This document shows, piece by piece, positions 60,445 through 64,000 of a stretch of 64,000 bases of DNA. Position numbers and translations under genes: made by a program. The number at the start of each line of letters is the position of its first letter. Position 1 is the first letter of the stretch. The stretch covers positions 186,001 through 250,000 of the forward strand of contig NW_027590137.1 of the NCBI RefSeq assembly GCF_964213995.1, read 5' to 3'. The stretch is from Mustelus asterias. Lineage: Eukaryota. The notes beneath the pieces were generated by a model. That model had not been told where the DNA came from. It saw only the letters and a program-made list of their open reading frames with translations, and did not search any database.

Positions 60445-62160
60445 TAGTGAGGGTGAGTGAGAGAATGTGAGTGCGTGAGGATGAGTGAGTGAAGGAGTGA
60501 GAGTGGATGAGTGATGGTGTGTGAGTGACAGAGAGTGGATAAGTGAGGGTGAGTGAATGAAGTTCTTTGAGTGAGGATGAGTGATTGAGGGTGAGTGAGT
60601 AAGTGTGGGTGAGGGTGAGAGGGCGTTAGTAAATGAGGGTGTGTGCGAGAGGGGGTGTGTGAGTGACGGTGGCTGAATGGGTGAGTGAAAGTGTGTGAGT
60701 GAATGTTGGTGAGCGAGAATGAATGAATGAGGGTGAGTGAGTGAGGATGCATGAAGGTTAGCGAAGGTGGGTGAGTGAGAGCGAGTGAATGAGGGTGAGG
60801 GAATGAATATGACTTAGTAAATGAGGGTGAGAGAGTGAGTAAGTCAGGGTGTGTTATTGGGGGTGGTGTGTGAGACTGTGAGGGAGATTGAATGCGGATG
60901 GGTGGATGAGTGAGGATGAGTGAGTGAAGGTGTTTGAGTGAGGTTGAGTGATTGAGGATCTGTGAGTTAGGGTGGGTGAAGTTGAGTGATGGTGAGTACG
61001 TGAGGGTGTGTGAGTGAATGTAGGTGCGTGAGTCTGAGTGAGTTTGAATGGGTCAGGTGGCGTAAGTGAAAGAGAGAGGGTGATTGAGCTTGAGTGTGTG
61101 GGGGTGAGTCTAGGTGAGTGAGGGTGGGTAAGTGGGGAGAGTGAGTGAGGGTGAGTGGAGTGAGTGAGACTGGATGAGTGAGGGTGGGTAAGTGCGGTGA
61201 GTGAGTGAGAGTGAGTGAGACTGGGTGAGTGAGGGTGGGTAAGTAGGGTGAGTGAATGAGGGTGAGTATGAGTGTTGGTGAGTGACTGAGGGTTAGTGAG
61301 TGAGGTTGAGTGTGTGATGGTGTGTGAGTGTGGGTGGCTGAGTGACAGTGCGTGAATGAGGGTGAGTAAATGAGGGTATCTGAGGGTGAGTGAGTGTGAG
61401 TGAATGAATGCGGGTGCGTGAGTGAGGGTGTGAGAGTGAGTGAATGAGGGTGACTGAATGTGAGTGAGTAAGTGAGGGTGTGAGGATGAGTGATTCAGGA
61501 TGTGTGATTGAGGTTGAATGAGTGAGGTTGAGTGAGGGTGTGTGAGTGAGTGTGGGTGAGTGAGTGAGGATGGGTGAGAGTGAGTGAGCGAATGTTTGTG
61601 AGTGATTGTGAGTGAGTGAGGGTGTGAGGGTGAGTGACTCAGGGTGAATGAGGATCAGTGAGTTTCTGAGGGTGAGTGTGTGAGGGTGACTATGTGAGGT
61701 AGAGTGTGTGAGGTAGAGTGTGTGAGGTTGAGTGTGTGAGGTTGAGTGTGTGATGCTCAGTGTTTGAGGTTGAGTGTGTGAAGGTGAGTGTGTGAAGGTG
61801 AGTGTGTGAGGGTGAGTGTGTGAGGGTGAGTGTGTGAGGCTGAGTGTGTGAGGGTGAGTGTGTGAGGGTGAGTGTGTGAGGGTGAGTGTGTGAGGGTGAG
61901 TGTGTGAGGGTGAGTGTGTGAGGTTGGATGAGTGAGCAAGGGAGAGTGAGCGGGGATGAGTGAGCGGGGATGAGTGAGCGGGGATGAGTGAGCGGGGATG
62001 AGTGAGCGGGGATGAGTGAGTGGGGATGAGTGAGTGGGGATGAGTGAGTGAGAGTGTGTCAGCGAGGGAAGTTGGGTAAGTGAAGGTGAGTGAGTGAAGT
62101 TCTTTGAGTGAGGATGAGAGATTGAGGGTGAGTGAGGAAGTGTGGGCGGGGGTGAGAGAG
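60445..62160. repeat. GAGT/GTGA-based simple repeat (12-14 bp higher-order units)
   Basis: GAGGGTGAGTGTGT and GAGTGAGCGGGGAT runs. Confidence 0.92.
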
Positions 62161-62754
62161 TCAGTGGGCCACCTCCTCCTCTTCCTCTCCATCGATCTTT
62201 TCCCGATTGTCTACATTGATCAGCTTTCTGTAACAGGGCTGTGTAAAGTCAGACAGCAGTGTAGATCACCGGGCAGCTGCTTTAATGTCGGTGCCTTTCT
62301 TTAAGAAACGCGTATCAGTTAATAAATAGACAGACTGAGGGAGCTGGAAGGGAAGCTTACAGCGAAACCAGAATGGGTCGCACAGGAATCAAACAGCAGG
62401 TTTACACCAGTATTGGGGAGCCAGGCGGCCTTGGTCTCAGCCAAGTCCCTTCTTACTTATTGCGTCTTTGTGTCCGGTGTAACACATGGAAATCTCTACT
62501 TCTGACCTCATGTTGGATGGAATGTCTTTGATGAAGCAGTAGAAGATTGTTGGTCCCAGAACAATCCCCTGCCGAACTTTTGCAGTGAAATCTGAACTTA
62601 GATGTTTGACCTCCAACAACCAACACCATCTTGCTTTGTGCTAAGTATGACTCCGAACAGAGAAGAATTTCCCGCCGATTCTTATTGACTTGAGTTTTAC
62701 TCGGGCTCCTCGATCCCACCCTCATTCAAATGCTAGCGGGGGTTGGGGGGGTGG

Positions 62755-63065
62755 GCGGTGGCACGGTGATTAGCACTGCTGCCTCACAGTTCGATTCCCG
62801 ACTTGGCTCACTGTCTGTGTGGAGTTTGCAAGTTCACCCCGTGTCTGCTTGGGTTTCCTACGGGTGCTCCTGTTTCCCCCCCACAGTCCAAACATGTGCG
62901 GGTTCGTTGGATTGGCCGTGCTAAATTGCCCCGTAGTGTCAGAGGGACTAGTTAGGGTAAATACATGTGGTTATGGGGATAGGGCTTTGGTGGGACTGCT
63001 GTTGGTGCAGACTCAATGGGCTGATTGGCCCCTTCTGCACTGGAGGATCCTATGCTTCAATTTAT
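62755..63065 (+). mobile_element. HE1-type SINE, near full length
   Basis: GGCACGGTGATTAGCACTGCTGCCTCACAG..V core..ATTGGCCGTGCTAAATTGCCC..CR1-like tail. Confidence 0.82.
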
Positions 63066-63089
63066 GATGTCAAGGACAATTACTCTGAC

Positions 63090-64000
63090 GTATGTGAGAT
63101 GGAAAGTGGAGAGGGTGTTTGGCTGTGTGAGAGAGATAGAGGGTGAATGTATGTGTGAGGGTGCCTGTGTGTGATAGACTGCGTTTGCACGTGTGTGAGA
63201 CAGTGGGCTGTGTGTGCAAGAGGGGAGAGTGTGTGTGAGAGAAAGGGTGTGTGAGATAACGTGTGTGTGTGAGAGAGAGAATGTGTGTTTGAAAAGTTAT
63301 TCTTTGTGTGTGAGAGTGTGTCTCTTCTTGAAAGTGTGTGTGTGGGCAGTCTGTGTGAGAGAGTACTTCGGTGTGTGATTGAGTGTGTGTTTATGTGAAA
63401 AGAAGTGTGTCTATATGAGATACAGGGTGTCTATGAAAGTGAGTGTGTGTGCTTGAGGGAGGGTGTGTGTGTGTGGGAGAGAGTGTTGTGTTCATGTGAA
63501 AGACAGTATGTGTGAGAGGGAGTGCCTATTGGAAAGCAAAATAATATGTTCATGAGTGTGTGAAAGTGTGCATGGGATGGCGTGTGAGTGAGAACGATAT
63601 GTGCAATGTGTGTGGGTGATAGAAGCGATGTGTTTGAGTGTGTGTGTGTGTGTGTGCGTGTGTGAGACAGAGAGAGAGAATTTTTGTGAGAGAGAGAGAC
63701 GTTGTGTTGGTTTATGTGTGTGAGAGTGTGTCAGACACATGAGTGTTTTGCACGTGTTTGAGAAAGTGGTCTGTGTGTGCAAGAGGAGAGAGTGTGCGTG
63801 AGAGAAAGGATATGTGAGATAGAGAATGCGTGTGTGCGAGAGAGTGTGTGTATGTTTGAAGAGTTATTTTTTATGTGTGTGAGAGTATTTTTCTGTTCTT
63901 CAAAGTATATGTGTGTGCGTGTGTGTGTGTGGAGGGGCGGGGAGAGTGTGTGTGAGTGAGAAAAACTGTGAAAATGATGCAGAATGGATGCGTGAGTGTG
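63090..64000. repeat. Degenerate (TG)n/(GA)n simple repeat
   Basis: Alternating TG and GA tracts to the window end. Confidence 0.9.

Noticed and set aside
58759-64000. JH, D or VH segments and recombination signal sequences
   Set aside because: No WGxG-type J exon or heptamer-spacer-nonamer was found by eye. CACAGTG hits elsewhere (about 746, 40347, 55905) lack a nonamer.

Overview
Eukaryotic, repeat-rich DNA from a cartilaginous fish (shark-type HE1 SINEs, CR1/HER1 LINEs and a shark-type IgM gene). The left three quarters is a cluster of four C2H2 zinc-finger genes or pseudogenes with no visible KRAB domain. These genes are built from a shared GC-rich promoter module and a shared 66-nt upstream exon. 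The cluster is heavily invaded by CR1, Tx1, Rex1, L2 and Penelope retroelements, including one CR1 with an unbroken EN+RT frame and one young Penelope element with TSD and minimal hammerhead motifs. The right quarter holds a complete minus-strand IgM heavy-chain constant region (CH1-CH4, secretory tail, TM1, TM2) and part of the intron upstream of CH1; no V, D or J segments are visible. The most unusual observation is two independent copies of a U2-headed RNA-like sequence. Each has the first 39 nt of U2 snRNA, then a shared non-U2 body with hairpins and an Sm-like site, and is fused directly to a different 5'-truncated CR1. Other notable items are a promoter-module/tRNA-Val/Tx1 arrangement suggesting a targeted Tx1, a G-rich repeat at a switch-region-like position upstream of CH1, and an octamer pair 3' of the TM exons. 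All calls are by eye; repeat boundaries are approximate unless junction bases are quoted.
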